A stretch of 64,000 nucleotides of DNA from an uncultured Dehalococcoidia bacterium (GTDB lineage Bacteria; Chloroflexota; Dehalococcoidia; Lucifugimonadales; CAJWER01), in the NCBI GenBank assembly GCA_958296115.1, contig OY282442.1:1371158-1435157 (forward strand), written 5' to 3'. The first letter of the stretch is position 1; each line of letters begins with the position of its first letter. This document shows, piece by piece, positions 35,853 to 45,522 of the stretch. A model generated the notes under the pieces. The model was not told the origin of the DNA and made no database searches. It saw nothing but the letters and a program-made list of their open reading frames with translations. The translations under genes and the position numbers were made by a program.

Positions 35853-37513
35853 CCGGCGACACTCCGGTTCCCGTAGTAGTCCCTCATGGCCTCGACCAAG
35901 CCTTCGAGCGTGCTCTCACCTGCAAGTATAGCAACATCCAGCCCGGCATTGCTCGCCTCGCGGGCGGTGATAGGGCCGATACACGCGGCCTCGACGCCCG
36001 CGAGCCTTCCGACGTCGTCGAGCAGCGCGATGAATCCCCTCACGGTGGACGCGCTGGTGAAGGTTACAACGTCAATTCCGTCCGACAGGACTTGGGGCAA
36101 GCGGGCCTGGGACCCCTCGACGTGTACGGTGCGGTAGGAAGGGACGGTCTCGACCTCGGCTCCGAGCCGCTCCAGCCCGGCCGAGAGCGCCGCGCGCCGG
36201 GTCTGCGCCCCTGGCAGGAGGATACGCAGCCCCGAGACGCCGAGCCTGCCCATCTCGTCCACCAGGCCCTCGGAGACGGACTTCGAGACGACGAGGTCGG
36301 CGGCGATGCCCGACTCGCGCAGCGCGCGCGCGGTGCCCCGACCGATGGCGGCCACCCGGCTTGCCCGAAGGGCGCGGGCGTCTCGGCCAGCCCCGGACAA
36401 GCGGTCGAACATGGCGTTCACCGCGTTGGCGCTCGTGAAGACGACCCAGTGGAAGCTATCGAGCCGGTCAAGCGCCGAGTCGAGAGGGCCGAAGTCGTCC
36501 GGCGGCTCGATGCGAATGGACGGGACCTCCACGACCTCGGCCCCCTCGCGCTCCAGCAGAGCCGTCAGCTCCCAGGACTGGGCGGAGGACCTGGTAACCA
36601 GGACACGCCTGCCGAACAGGGGCCGGTCGTCGAACCAGCGCAGCCGCTCCCGCAGGCGCGCGACCTGGCCGAAGATCGCTGTGACCGGCGGCCCCAGCCC
36701 CTCGGCACTGGCCCGATCGAGCACGTCCGAGAGCGTCCCGACGACGGTGCGCTGCCGCGGCGTTGTACCCCACTCGACCAGCGCGGCGGGCGTATCGGCT
36801 GGCATGCCCTCGGCCGCGAGCCTATCTATCACGGAGCGAAGAGCCCTCCAGCCCATCATCACCACCACAGAGCCTCGCGTCCTGGCCAGCGCGGACCAAT
36901 CGACCGGCGACCCCGGCTTGTCGGGCGACTCCGAGCCGGTGACGAATGTGGCGGACGAGGCGAGCCCCCGGTGCGTTACGGGAATGCCGGCATACGCGGG
37001 GGCCGCTATTGCCGAGGTAACCCCGGGCACGACCTCGAACGTCACGCCCGCCTCCGATAGCGCGCCGGCCTCCTCGCCGCCGCGCCCGAAGACGAAGGGG
37101 TCGCCGCCCTTCAGCCTCACCACGCTCTTGCCGCCCGCCGCGTTGGACACGAGGCGGGCGTTGATGTCCCGCTGACGGCTGCCGCCTCCGCCGGGCGTCT
37201 TGCCCGCGTCCACCAGGTCGGCGTCCGGCCGGGCCCGGCGCAGCAGCCGCGCGTCTACCAGCCGGTCGTACACGACGACGTCGGCCGACTCCAGGAGCTC
37301 CAGCCCGCGGACCGTTATCAGGCCGGGGTCGCCGGGTCCCGCGCCGACGAGATATACGACGCCTGCTCTCGCGGTTACGATTGCAGCATCTCCCCGGCCT
37401 CCTGCCGCAACGCCTCCGCCAGCGCATGGCCCAGCTCGGCGGGGCGGGCGATTAGCCCCGTCGCATCCTGGCGGAATATGACGGAGCCGTCCGGGGCAGC
37501 CGCCATTCCCCAC
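35849..37513 (-). CDS. cobA/hemD: Bifunctional uroporphyrinogen-III C-methyltransferase / uroporphyrinogen-III synthase
   Basis: The N-terminal half (VYLVGAGPGDPGLITVRG...) is SUMT and the C-terminal half is HemD-like. The only canonical start in frame is the GTG at 37513, which overlaps hemC by 139 nt, so the start is uncertain. Confidence 0.85.
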   Translation of the reverse strand: MGNGGCPGRLRHIPPGCDGANRPPRRAGPCAGGGVAAGGRGDAAIVTARAGVVYLVGAGPGDPGLITVRGLELLESADVVVYDRLVDARLLRRARPDADLVDAGKTPGGGGSRQRDINARLVSNAAGGKSVVRLKGGDPFVFGRGGEEAGALSEAGVTFEVVPGVTSAIAAPAYAGIPVTHRGLASSATFVTGSESPDKPGSPVDWSALARTRGSVVVMMGWRALRSVIDRLAAEGMPADTPAALVEWGTTPRQRTVVGTLSDVLDRASAEGLGPPVTAIFGQVARLRERLRWFDDRPLFGRRVLVTRSSAQSWELTALLEREGAEVVEVPSIRIEPPDDFGPLDSALDRLDSFHWVVFTSANAVNAMFDRLSGAGRDARALRASRVAAIGRGTARALRESGIAADLVVSKSVSEGLVDEMGRLGVSGLRILLPGAQTRRAALSAGLERLGAEVETVPSYRTVHVEGSQARLPQVLSDGIDVVTFTSASTVRGFIALLDDVGRLAGVEAACIGPITAREASNAGLDVAILAGESTLEGLVEAMRDYYGNRSVAG

Positions 37514-38286
37514 ATTCGGAGCTCGCGGTCATGGACGGGCTTCGCATATGCGGCCACGGGGACCTTGCAGCCCCCGCCGAGCCTGTGTAGGAAGGCCCGC
37601 TCGGCCTCCAGGGCGGCGCTGCTGGGCCGATGTTCGACCGCGCGGAGCATGTCCAGTACGCCGTGGTCGTCGGAGCGCGCCTCGACGGCCAGAGCGCCCT
37701 GCCCTGCGTCAGGGACGAACGTTTCGGGCGGAAATATATCGTGCGCTTCGCCGAGCCGGCCCAGGCGGGCGAGACCTGCCGCCGCCAGCGCTACGCCATC
37801 GTAGCCCGGACTGCCGACCTTGTCTATGCGCGTTCCAACGTTGCCGCGGATGGGCGCTATCTCCACGTCGGGGCGGAGCGACTTCAGGAGAGCCGCGCGC
37901 CGGGGGCTTCCCGTCCCGATTCGCGCCCCCGGCGGCAGGTCCGAAAGGGGCAGGCCCCACCTGTCTATCAGGGCATCCCGGGGGTCCTGCCGCGGGACGG
38001 TCCCGGCCAGCGCGAGCCCCGCGGGAAGAGAGTGGGGCAGGTCCTTGGCGCTGTGTACGGCCAGGTCTATATCGCCCTCCAGGAGTGCCGATTCGATATC
38101 CTTGGCAAACGCGCCTCGGCCCAGGCTCGACAGGGACGCGTCCTTCCTGCGGTCCCCCGTCGTCGTCATGGGCGCCACGATGAAGGCCGTTCCGGGGAAG
38201 CGCGCTCGGAGGCGTGAGACCACCTCCTCCGTCTGGACTATGGCGAGAGGGCTTCTGCGCGTTCCGACACGGCATCTAGGGGGCAT
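37375..38286 (-). CDS. hemC: Hydroxymethylbilane synthase (porphobilinogen deaminase)
   Basis: VGTRRSPLAIVQTEEV...TTGDR...IDLAVHSAKDLP...GSPRR...RGNVGTR. The ATG at 38286 overlaps the upstream gene end by 11 nt. Confidence 0.9.
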   Translation of the reverse strand: MPPRCRVGTRRSPLAIVQTEEVVSRLRARFPGTAFIVAPMTTTGDRRKDASLSSLGRGAFAKDIESALLEGDIDLAVHSAKDLPHSLPAGLALAGTVPRQDPRDALIDRWGLPLSDLPPGARIGTGSPRRAALLKSLRPDVEIAPIRGNVGTRIDKVGSPGYDGVALAAAGLARLGRLGEAHDIFPPETFVPDAGQGALAVEARSDDHGVLDMLRAVEHRPSSAALEAERAFLHRLGGGCKVPVAAYAKPVHDRELRMWGMAAAPDGSVIFRQDATGLIARPAELGHALAEALRQEAGEMLQS

Positions 38287-38998
38287 TGTCGTCCGGCGAG
38301 AGGTCCTCCCACATCTTGCATACCCCATCCGGGCAATCGCACCCGGAGCCGATCATAAGGTTGGACATGAGCGCCTCCCTGGCCCCCTCGGCGTCTCCCA
38401 ATCGTATCATCTCGACGAGGTCGTCCGTGATGCAAGCCTGCCAGTGGTCGGGATGCAGCCTGATTCCGCGTCGGGAAAGCTCGGCGCGCGCCTCCGCCAG
38501 CATCGGCGCGAGGTCGCCGTACTCGATGGCGCGGTATCTCGACCCGGTGCGGCTGGTCCCGGCCATCTCTTCCCGCAGCTTGCGCGCGAGGGCGGGGCTG
38601 GACCCGCCGGTCGAGGCCGCGATGATAACGTCGCCGTTCCTGACGATGGCGGGGGCTATCCACGAGCAGAGGCGGGTAACGTCGTTGACGTTCAGGGGCA
38701 CGCTGCGCTCGTCGGCCTCCCGCGCCGCCTCCTCGTTCACGCGGCTGTCGCGGGTGTCGGCGACGATGGCAATGAACGCCCCGTCCAGGTCCCCGCGCCG
38801 GTATCCCCGCCGGCGCCAGGTCAACGCGCCCTCGTCGGCCAGCGCCCGCACTGCCGGAGTAACCTGGGGGCTGTACACGACGACGTCGGCGCCGAATTCG
38901 ACCAGGCGCCCCACCTTCTCCTCGCCCACGGCTCCGCCGCCTATCACGACGCAGCGCCGGCCCCTGAGGTCGAGGAACACGGGATAGTAGGCTGGCAC
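38276..38998 (-). CDS. sirC: Precorrin-2 dehydrogenase / sirohydrochlorin ferrochelatase (CysG N-terminal / SirC-Met8 type)
   Basis: YYPVFLDLRGRRCVVIGGGAVGEEKV is an NAD-binding start typical of siroheme synthase N-domains. It leads the hem cluster. Confidence 0.75.
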   Translation of the reverse strand: MPAYYPVFLDLRGRRCVVIGGGAVGEEKVGRLVEFGADVVVYSPQVTPAVRALADEGALTWRRRGYRRGDLDGAFIAIVADTRDSRVNEEAAREADERSVPLNVNDVTRLCSWIAPAIVRNGDVIIAASTGGSSPALARKLREEMAGTSRTGSRYRAIEYGDLAPMLAEARAELSRRGIRLHPDHWQACITDDLVEMIRLGDAEGAREALMSNLMIGSGCDCPDGVCKMWEDLSPDDNAP

Positions 38999-39191
38999 GG
39001 CAGGTCCTCGGGGAGTGGGCTGCGCGCCAGCTTCGCAGCCTGCAAGAGCCGGCGCGGGCTTACTGTACCATCAGCGCGCGGCGGCATTCAATTGGCTGTA
39101 TGTCCCGGGTACCTGTTTTCAGCTTGGTAGACTGGGGCTCTCGATTCCCAATTCCATTTCGCTGTGCTATCTTGGCGCCGGGAGGGAGATC

Positions 39192-39839
39192 CTGCAGGAA
39201 GCTAGGCGGTTACTGTTCAGGCGGCTCCGCGGCGAGATCCGCGACACGCGCGTAATCGAAGCGATGGAGCGCGTTCCGAGGGAGGCGTTCGTCCCCCAAG
39301 ACGCCCAAGAATACTCATACGAAGACTTCCCTCTCTCCATCGGTGAGGGCCAGACCATCTCGCAGCCTTTCATGGTCGCCCTGATGCTGGAGGCTCTCGA
39401 GGTCAGAAGGTCCGACAGGATACTCGAGATCGGGACCGGCAGCGGATACCAGGCGGCGATCCTCGCGGAGCTTGCCAAAGAGGTCATAACGGTCGAGCGG
39501 ATCGAGTCGCTGTCCGGCCCGGCGCGGGAGCGTCTTCGCGCCCAAGGATATGGCAATGTTGCCGTCGTAATGGCGGGAGACGCATTGGGCTGGCCGGACG
39601 GCGGGCCGTATGATGGCATCGTCGTCGCGGCGGCGGCACCGGCGCTGCCGCGGACACTCAAGGAGCAGCTCGCCGTAGGCGGCCGCATGGTCATTCCGGT
39701 TGGCTCACGGACCAGCCAGGAGCTGATGAAGGTTACGCGGACGGCCGACTCCTACTCGGTGCGCACCTTGGGGGCCTGCCGCTTCGTTCCTCTCATAGGC
39801 CCCGGAGCCTGGCCGGAGGAGCGGGCTGCCCCCTCTTGA
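39192..39839 (+). CDS. pcm: Protein-L-isoaspartate O-methyltransferase
   Basis: VIEAMERVPREAFVP...GQTISQPFMVALMLE...LEIGTGSGYQAAILA. The start is uncertain: in-frame CTG at 39192 after GGAGGGAG, or ATG at 39264. Confidence 0.8.
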   Translation: MQEARRLLFRRLRGEIRDTRVIEAMERVPREAFVPQDAQEYSYEDFPLSIGEGQTISQPFMVALMLEALEVRRSDRILEIGTGSGYQAAILAELAKEVITVERIESLSGPARERLRAQGYGNVAVVMAGDALGWPDGGPYDGIVVAAAAPALPRTLKEQLAVGGRMVIPVGSRTSQELMKVTRTADSYSVRTLGACRFVPLIGPGAWPEERAAPS

Positions 39840-40038
39840 GCGGGGGTTCAGCCTGAGTTCGGCGTCCGTTCGGCTGCTCGCCGCCATCCGGGCACGATCA
39901 GCGTCGGCCAGCGCCGTTCTTTTCCGCGACCGTTTGGGCGCATGGACACGCACGTTCCGGGCGACTCGCCCAACTACCAGACCTACCAAGCCGAGATAAG
40001 CGCACATGGGTTCGCTAGTGTCGAGGCGGGGGAGGCGC

Positions 40039-40044
40039 TATAAT
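40039..40044 (+). promoter_or_regulatory. Candidate -10 box (TATAAT) of the nusA operon promoter
   Basis: A perfect TATAAT sits 104 nt upstream of the nusA ATG in an otherwise GC-rich spacer. No convincing -35 was found at a 17-nt spacing. Confidence 0.3.
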
Positions 40045-40083
40045 GTGGGGACGAACGGGAATCTCTTGGGGTGTGTCGAGCGC

Positions 40084-40109
40084 GAAAAGTGGGGGCAGCC
40101 CACTTTTTT
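40084..40109 (+). terminator. Intrinsic terminator/attenuator hairpin in the nusA leader
   Basis: aaaagtggg-ggcag-cccactttt followed by a run totalling 7 T (40103-40109). It lies 38 nt upstream of the nusA start and downstream of the TATAAT. Confidence 0.55.
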
Positions 40110-40147
40110 TATTAGAGAGAGACCGTCCTGCGGAGGTAGCGAAGGAT

Positions 40148-41854
40148 ATGAAGAGCGATTTCATTATCGCTTTGACGCAATTGGCCGCGGAGCGAAACCT
40201 GCCTAGGGAGATGGTGCTGTCCGCTATCGAGGCGGCGCTCGCCTCGGCATACAAGCGCGACAGCGTGGCTGCCGGCCAGAACATATCCGTGAAGCTGGAC
40301 CCCGGGAGCGGCGACGTAAGCGTCTTCATAGTGAAGACCGTGGTGGAGGAGGTGACGGACTCCCTGTTCGAGCTGCCCCTCAAAGAGGCCAAGAGGATCA
40401 ACGCGGACGCGCAGATCGGCGAAGTCGTACCGACCGAGAGGCTGCCGCACAGCGCCGGCCGCATAGCGGCCCAGACCGCCAAGCAGGTCGTAATGCAGCG
40501 GCTGAGGGAGGCGGAACGGGACCTGGTGTACCAGGAGTTCGCCGACAAGGCGGGCGAGATCTTCACGGTCACCGTCCAGAAGATAGAGGCGCGGCAGGTA
40601 ATCGTCGAGATGGGGAGGGCCGAGGCGACATTGCCGCAATCGGAGCAGCCCGCATACGAGCGATACCGCGTGGGGCAAAAGATAAAGGTGCTGCTCCAGT
40701 CCGTCAGGCAGTCGAACGAGGGGCCCGAGATCGTCGTGTCGCGCGCCGACAAGATGCTGCTCAGGCGTCTGTTCGAGATGGAGGTTCCCGAGATATACAG
40801 CGGCTCGGTCGAGATCATGGACATAGCGCGGGAGGCTGGCTCGCGGAGCAAGGTCGCCGTCTTTGCCAAGCAGGATGGCGTAGATGCCGTTGGGTCATGC
40901 GTCGGTCTTCGCGGCATACGCATCCAGAACATAGTGAACGAGCTGCACGGCGAGAAGATAGACGTGGTGTCGTGGGTGAAGGACCCGAACGACTATATCA
41001 CCAGGGCGCTGAGCCCTTCCATGGTGATGCGCGTCGAGGTGAACGAGGAAGACAAGTCGGCCATCGCCGTAGTGCCGGAGAACCAGCTTTCCCTTGCCAT
41101 AGGCAAGGAGGGCCAGAACGCCAGGTTGGCGGCGAGGCTCACGGGCTGGAAAGTCGATATCAAGAGCAACGTTGAGATGGAAGAGATCGAGAAGGCTGCC
41201 GCCGCCCGTGCCGCCGAGGAAGCGGAGAGGGCCAAGGCGGCGGCAGAGGCCAAGGCGGCGGCGCAGGCCAAGGCGGCGGCGCAGGCAGAGGCGGTGGCGC
41301 AGACAGAGGCGGCGGCCCAGGCGGAGGTTGCGGCCCAAGCGGAAGCTGCGGCCCAAGCGGAGGCTGCGGCTCAGGCGGAGGCTGCGGCCCAGGCGGAGGC
41401 TGCGGCTCAGGCGGAAGCGGCGGCGCAGGCGGAAGCGGCAGCCGCTGCGGTCGAAGAGCCGGCCATGCCCGTCGCCGTGGTCGAGGAGACGACGCCGGCT
41501 ATCGAGGTCGAGGAGGCTGCCGTCGAGATGCCTGCCGTCGAAGAGCCGGTGGTCGAGGAACTCGAGACTATCGAGGAGCCGGAGGTTCTCGAGGACCTCG
41601 TGCTAAAGGAGCTCATGGGCGGCGAGGTGGTAGAAGAAGTGGGGGCGGCAGCCAAGGTTGAAACCGTGGAGGCGGCCACCTCTATCGAGGAGTTGTCCGA
41701 GGATGTATGGACAGTCCGGAACGTGCCGGCTCCCCAGCCTAGCGTGATAAGATTCCGCGAGGATATCGTGGAGCTGGGCGGAGCCGACGGGCCGCGGCGT
41801 GGAAGGCGCAGGCGCAGGCGGGGGGGAGCCGGGCAACAGAACAGAAGGCGCTGA
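40148..41854 (+). CDS. nusA: Transcription termination/antitermination factor NusA with long Ala/Gln/Glu-repeat and Arg-rich C-terminal extension
   Basis: N-terminal domain, S1 and two KH domains are recognisable ([18 protein letters not shown]..., [38 protein letters not shown]). GGAGG RBS before the ATG at 40148. Confidence 0.9.
   Translation: MKSDFIIALTQLAAERNLPREMVLSAIEAALASAYKRDSVAAGQNISVKLDPGSGDVSVFIVKTVVEEVTDSLFELPLKEAKRINADAQIGEVVPTERLPHSAGRIAAQTAKQVVMQRLREAERDLVYQEFADKAGEIFTVTVQKIEARQVIVEMGRAEATLPQSEQPAYERYRVGQKIKVLLQSVRQSNEGPEIVVSRADKMLLRRLFEMEVPEIYSGSVEIMDIAREAGSRSKVAVFAKQDGVDAVGSCVGLRGIRIQNIVNELHGEKIDVVSWVKDPNDYITRALSPSMVMRVEVNEEDKSAIAVVPENQLSLAIGKEGQNARLAARLTGWKVDIKSNVEMEEIEKAAAARAAEEAERAKAAAEAKAAAQAKAAAQAEAVAQTEAAAQAEVAAQAEAAAQAEAAAQAEAAAQAEAAAQAEAAAQAEAAAAAVEEPAMPVAVVEETTPAIEVEEAAVEMPAVEEPVVEELETIEEPEVLEDLVLKELMGGEVVEEVGAAAKVETVEAATSIEELSEDVWTVRNVPAPQPSVIRFREDIVELGGADGPRRGRRRRRRGGAGQQNRRR
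41231..41450. repeat. Imperfect 18-bp tandem repeat (gcggcccaggcggaggct) encoding (AAQAEA)n
   Basis: About a dozen in-frame units inside the nusA 3' region. They translate to [39 protein letters not shown].... Confidence 0.8.
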
Positions 41855-41857
41855 ACC

Positions 41858-42154
41858 ATGGCCGGGCAACAGACAGCCAGGAGAGTCCCGCTGCGCAAGT
41901 GCATAGTGTGCGGCGTGAAGACGGACAAACGCGGACTCATACGCATCGTGGCTCCCCAGGAGGGACCGGTCGAGGTCGACGCGACGGGCAAGGCGCGCGG
42001 ACGCGGGGCTTACGTGTGCAGGAGCGGCGGCATGGAGCACGACAGGTTGGGACGCGGGCGACTCGACCACTCGCTCCGCAGGAAATTGACGGAGGAGGAG
42101 TGGTCGGCGCTGGTCTCGTCCATCGGGGCGGCCAGGGACACCGAGCAACGGTAG
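41858..42154 (+). CDS. ylxR: YlxR/RnpM-family (DUF448) RNA-binding protein
   Basis: 98 aa. PLRKCIVCGVKTDKRGLIRIV...GRGAYVC is the family signature, and the position between nusA and infB is canonical. Confidence 0.85.
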   Translation: MAGQQTARRVPLRKCIVCGVKTDKRGLIRIVAPQEGPVEVDATGKARGRGAYVCRSGGMEHDRLGRGRLDHSLRRKLTEEEWSALVSSIGAARDTEQR

Positions 42155-42158
42155 CATT

Positions 42159-43973
42159 ATGACGAACCAGGTAGTTACAACCGAGAGGGCCGCGCAGAGC
42201 CGGGTGGAGACGCCTGCGGCGGAAGCGCCCGGCCGCCTGATAGAGATACCCGCGGGCGTGACCGTCGCCGAGCTGTCGGGACGGATGGGCGTCGACGCGA
42301 TCGAGACCATCAAGCAGCTCATGCGTGCAGGGTTCATGCTCAGCATGAACGACGAGGTGGACTTCGAGACTGCTGCGATGATCGCCCAATCCTTCGGTCT
42401 CAGGGTCAGAGCGCCCAGGCGGGAGGAGCGCGGGCCGGGGTCCCTGGTGGTCTCCAACGAGGGCGAGGAGAAGTCGCGCCTCATCTCGAGGACGCCGGTG
42501 GTTACTATCCTGGGGCACGTGGACCACGGCAAGACCACCCTGCTCGACCAAATCCGCAAGACGAACGTGACGGCGGGCGAAGCCGGCGGGATAACACAGC
42601 ATATCGGCGCCTACCAGGTTCAGCGGAACGGGGAGCGCATCACGTTCCTAGATACGCCGGGGCACGAGGCGTTCACCGCCATGCGCGCCCGGGGCGCGCA
42701 GGTTACGGACATCGCGGTGCTCGTGGTTGCCGCGGACGACGGAATCATGCCCCAGACCATCGAGGCGATAGACCACGTAAGGGCGGCGTCGGTGCCTATC
42801 GTGGTGGCTATCAACAAGGTCGACAGTCCGAGGGCCGATCCCGAACGGGTGAAGCGCCAGCTCGCAGAGAACGACCTCCTGATCGAAGAGTGGGGGGGCG
42901 AGGTGGTCGCAGTCCCGGTCTCCGCGCTGACCGGCGATGGGGTGGACGACCTGCTGGACAACATCAGCATCGTCGCGGAAGTGGAGGAGTTGAAGGCGAA
43001 CCCCAGCAGGTCGGCAAGGGGCGTCATCGTCGAGGCGCAGATAGACAAGAGCAGGGGGCCTATCGCGACTCTGCTCATCCAGACGGGGACGCTCCGCGTC
43101 GGCGACCTGCTGGTTGCGGGGGAGGTATACGGCCGGGTCAGGGCGATGCGCAACGACAGAGGCATGACGGTCGACGAGGCGGGGCCGTCCGTCCCTGTCG
43201 AGGTGATGGGGCTGAACGGGCTTCCCCAGGCGGGGGACATCGCCGAGGCGGCGTCGAGCGGCCGGGCCGCCCGCGCGGCGGCTGAGGAGCAGAAGCGGCG
43301 GCGCGAGGACAAGCGGCGGTCGGGGATCACCCTGGCGGAGGTTCACTCGATGATCGAGTCGGGCGAGGCGGCGGCCCTCGACTTGATAGTCAAGACGGAC
43401 GTGCAGGGGAGCATCGACGCGGTCCGAAACGCGCTCCAGGCCCTCAACACCGAAAAGACCAGGGTCAACATAATCCACGCGCAGACCGGGAGCATTACGG
43501 AGAGCGACGTGCTCCTCGCCGTTGCGTCCAAGGCGGTTATCGTTGGCTTCAACGTCCAGCCCGAGACGGGGGCCCAGGCGCTGTCGGCGCAGGAAGACGT
43601 AGAGGTCCGCACCTACGACATCATCTACCACCTGGCGGACGACGTGCGAAAGGCGCTTACCGGGCTTCTCGCGCCGGAGACGCGGGACGTGGTGGAAGGA
43701 ATCGCCACCGTCAGGGCGGTCTTCGGCGTCGGCGGCAAGAGGAAAGCGGCGGGATTCTACGTCAACCAGGGGAGGCTGTCGCGGGCGGGGACTATCCACG
43801 TCATTCGGGGCGGCAAGACCCTGTTCGAGGGCGCAGCTTCCAGCCTGCGGCATTTCAGGGACGATGTCCGGGAGGTTGCGACCGGTCTCGAAGGGGGTCT
43901 CGTGCTCGACGGCTTCTCGGATTTCCAGGAAGGCGACGCGCTCGAATCGCACCGCGTCGAAGAAGTCGAGTAG
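42159..43973 (+). CDS. infB: Translation initiation factor IF-2
   Basis: GTPase motifs [17 protein letters not shown] and NKVD. The downstream C1/C2 domains and operon context also fit. Confidence 0.92.
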   Translation: MTNQVVTTERAAQSRVETPAAEAPGRLIEIPAGVTVAELSGRMGVDAIETIKQLMRAGFMLSMNDEVDFETAAMIAQSFGLRVRAPRREERGPGSLVVSNEGEEKSRLISRTPVVTILGHVDHGKTTLLDQIRKTNVTAGEAGGITQHIGAYQVQRNGERITFLDTPGHEAFTAMRARGAQVTDIAVLVVAADDGIMPQTIEAIDHVRAASVPIVVAINKVDSPRADPERVKRQLAENDLLIEEWGGEVVAVPVSALTGDGVDDLLDNISIVAEVEELKANPSRSARGVIVEAQIDKSRGPIATLLIQTGTLRVGDLLVAGEVYGRVRAMRNDRGMTVDEAGPSVPVEVMGLNGLPQAGDIAEAASSGRAARAAAEEQKRRREDKRRSGITLAEVHSMIESGEAAALDLIVKTDVQGSIDAVRNALQALNTEKTRVNIIHAQTGSITESDVLLAVASKAVIVGFNVQPETGAQALSAQEDVEVRTYDIIYHLADDVRKALTGLLAPETRDVVEGIATVRAVFGVGGKRKAAGFYVNQGRLSRAGTIHVIRGGKTLFEGAASSLRHFRDDVREVATGLEGGLVLDGFSDFQEGDALESHRVEEVE

Positions 43974-44065
43974 CCGTTTTCGGGCCGCGCGCTCTCATCA
44001 TCCTGCCAGACCCGCGCCCATCGCGTATCCACGCGCTCATGGGACAGGAGAGACCGAGGTCAGCT

Positions 44066-44422
44066 ATGAGCCGCCGCATGGAGCGAGTCAACGTCCTGTT
44101 GCGCCAGGAGATAAGCCGCATAATCTCGACGGAGATGGCCGACCCCAGACTCTCGTCGCTCCACACGGTTACTGGCGTGGAGTGCTCGCCCGACCTGTCT
44201 CGCGCAAGGGTGTACGTCAGCGTGCTCGGTGACGACGCGGGCAAAGCGGACACCATCGCCGCATTGAAGTCGGCCTCCGGCGCCATACGCAGGAGCCTGC
44301 GCTCGCTCGCTCTCAAGAAGACGCCGCAGCTCTCGTTCCACATCGACGACTCTATCGAGAAGGGCGACGCGGTGCTGAGGCTCCTGGACGAAGTCGCAGT
44401 CTCGGAGGTTGGCGAGGGATGA
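44066..44422 (+). CDS. rbfA: Ribosome-binding factor A
   Basis: RMERVNVLLRQEISRII...VTGVECSPDLSRARVYVSV. The ATG at 44066 follows GAGG; the track ORF starts 9 codons earlier. Confidence 0.85.
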   Translation: MSRRMERVNVLLRQEISRIISTEMADPRLSSLHTVTGVECSPDLSRARVYVSVLGDDAGKADTIAALKSASGAIRRSLRSLALKKTPQLSFHIDDSIEKGDAVLRLLDEVAVSEVGEG

Positions 44423-45366
44423 GCAGGCAGCCGCGCTCCACCAGGCACGGACCGGAACGCCGCATAGACGGCGTGCTGAATATCGACAAGCCCGAAGGCT
44501 TGACGAGCATGGATGTCGTCCGCCGGGTCAAGCGAGCGAGCCGAGTCAAGAAGGTCGGGCACGGCGGCACGCTGGACCCCTTCGCAACCGGCGTCATTGC
44601 CGTGTGCATGGGCCAGGCGACGAGGATGATGGAGTACTTGGTGGAAGGCTCCAAGACGTACCGGGGGGTGGTCGAGCTGGGGATAGAGACGGACACCTAC
44701 GACGTGCAGGGCGAGGTTACGCGCAGGGCTGACCCGTCCGGGGTTACCCTCGGCGCGGTCGAGGCGGCGTTGGCCGAGTTCCAGGGGGCCATCCTGCAGG
44801 TGCCGCCGATGTACAGCGCTCTCAAGCGCGAGGGCAAGCGGCTATATGACCTGGCGCGGGCCGGCGTCGAGGTGGAGCGCGAGCCGCGTCGGGTCGAGGT
44901 CGCCAGCGCATCGGTCGCCGACTGGGCATCCCCGCTCGTCGAGGTCGATATCGAGTGCGGGCGAGGGTTCTACATGAGGTCCCTGGCATACGACCTGGGA
45001 GTCAAGCTCGGCTGCGGCGCGTACCTGAAGAGCCTGGTCCGGCAGCGGAGCGGGCAGCTCGACATCCGGGCCGCCGTATCGCTGGAGGAGGCCGAGCGGC
45101 GCTTCGAGGACGACTCGTGGCCGAGCGTCGTTCAGGCTCCGGACGCGGTAGTGGGCAACCTGCGGGCCGTAATCGTCGGGCGCAAGGCGGAGCAGTGGCT
45201 GCGCCAGGGTCGGCCGATGCCGCCGGGTCTGAAGCTCCCGCCGGGCCGGCCCGGCGAGAGGCGCCGGGTCTATACGACCGACGGCCGGTTCGTCGGCATC
45301 ATGCATTTCGACGCGCCTTCGGGGGAGTGGCGGCCCCAGCGATTGCTGAACATCAAGTACGCCTAG
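44419..45366 (+). CDS. truB: tRNA pseudouridine(55) synthase
   Basis: GVLNIDKPEGLTSMDVV...GHGGTLDP (catalytic Asp motif), followed by a PUA-like C-terminus. It overlaps the rbfA stop by 4 nt. Confidence 0.9.
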   Translation: MSRQPRSTRHGPERRIDGVLNIDKPEGLTSMDVVRRVKRASRVKKVGHGGTLDPFATGVIAVCMGQATRMMEYLVEGSKTYRGVVELGIETDTYDVQGEVTRRADPSGVTLGAVEAALAEFQGAILQVPPMYSALKREGKRLYDLARAGVEVEREPRRVEVASASVADWASPLVEVDIECGRGFYMRSLAYDLGVKLGCGAYLKSLVRQRSGQLDIRAAVSLEEAERRFEDDSWPSVVQAPDAVVGNLRAVIVGRKAEQWLRQGRPMPPGLKLPPGRPGERRRVYTTDGRFVGIMHFDAPSGEWRPQRLLNIKYA

Positions 45367-45392
45367 CGCTGGTTCAATGTAGTTTTGGCGGT

Positions 45393-45452
45393 CTGAATCA
45401 CCCTCACCCTAACCCTCTCCCGTCAAGGGAGAGGGGATAAGGCGGGACTGCC
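45393..45452. repeat. Full-length REP-like palindromic element
   Basis: ctgaatcaccctcaccctaa-ccctctccc-gtcaa-gggagaggg-gataaggcgggactgcc, between the convergent truB and DUF4340 genes. Confidence 0.8.
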
Positions 45453-45522
45453 TACCCGTTATGTTTAGATGGGCGGAGCGCTAGATCTGCCGCCGCCGTC
45501 CGTGGCGCTAGCTGGCGGCCCT

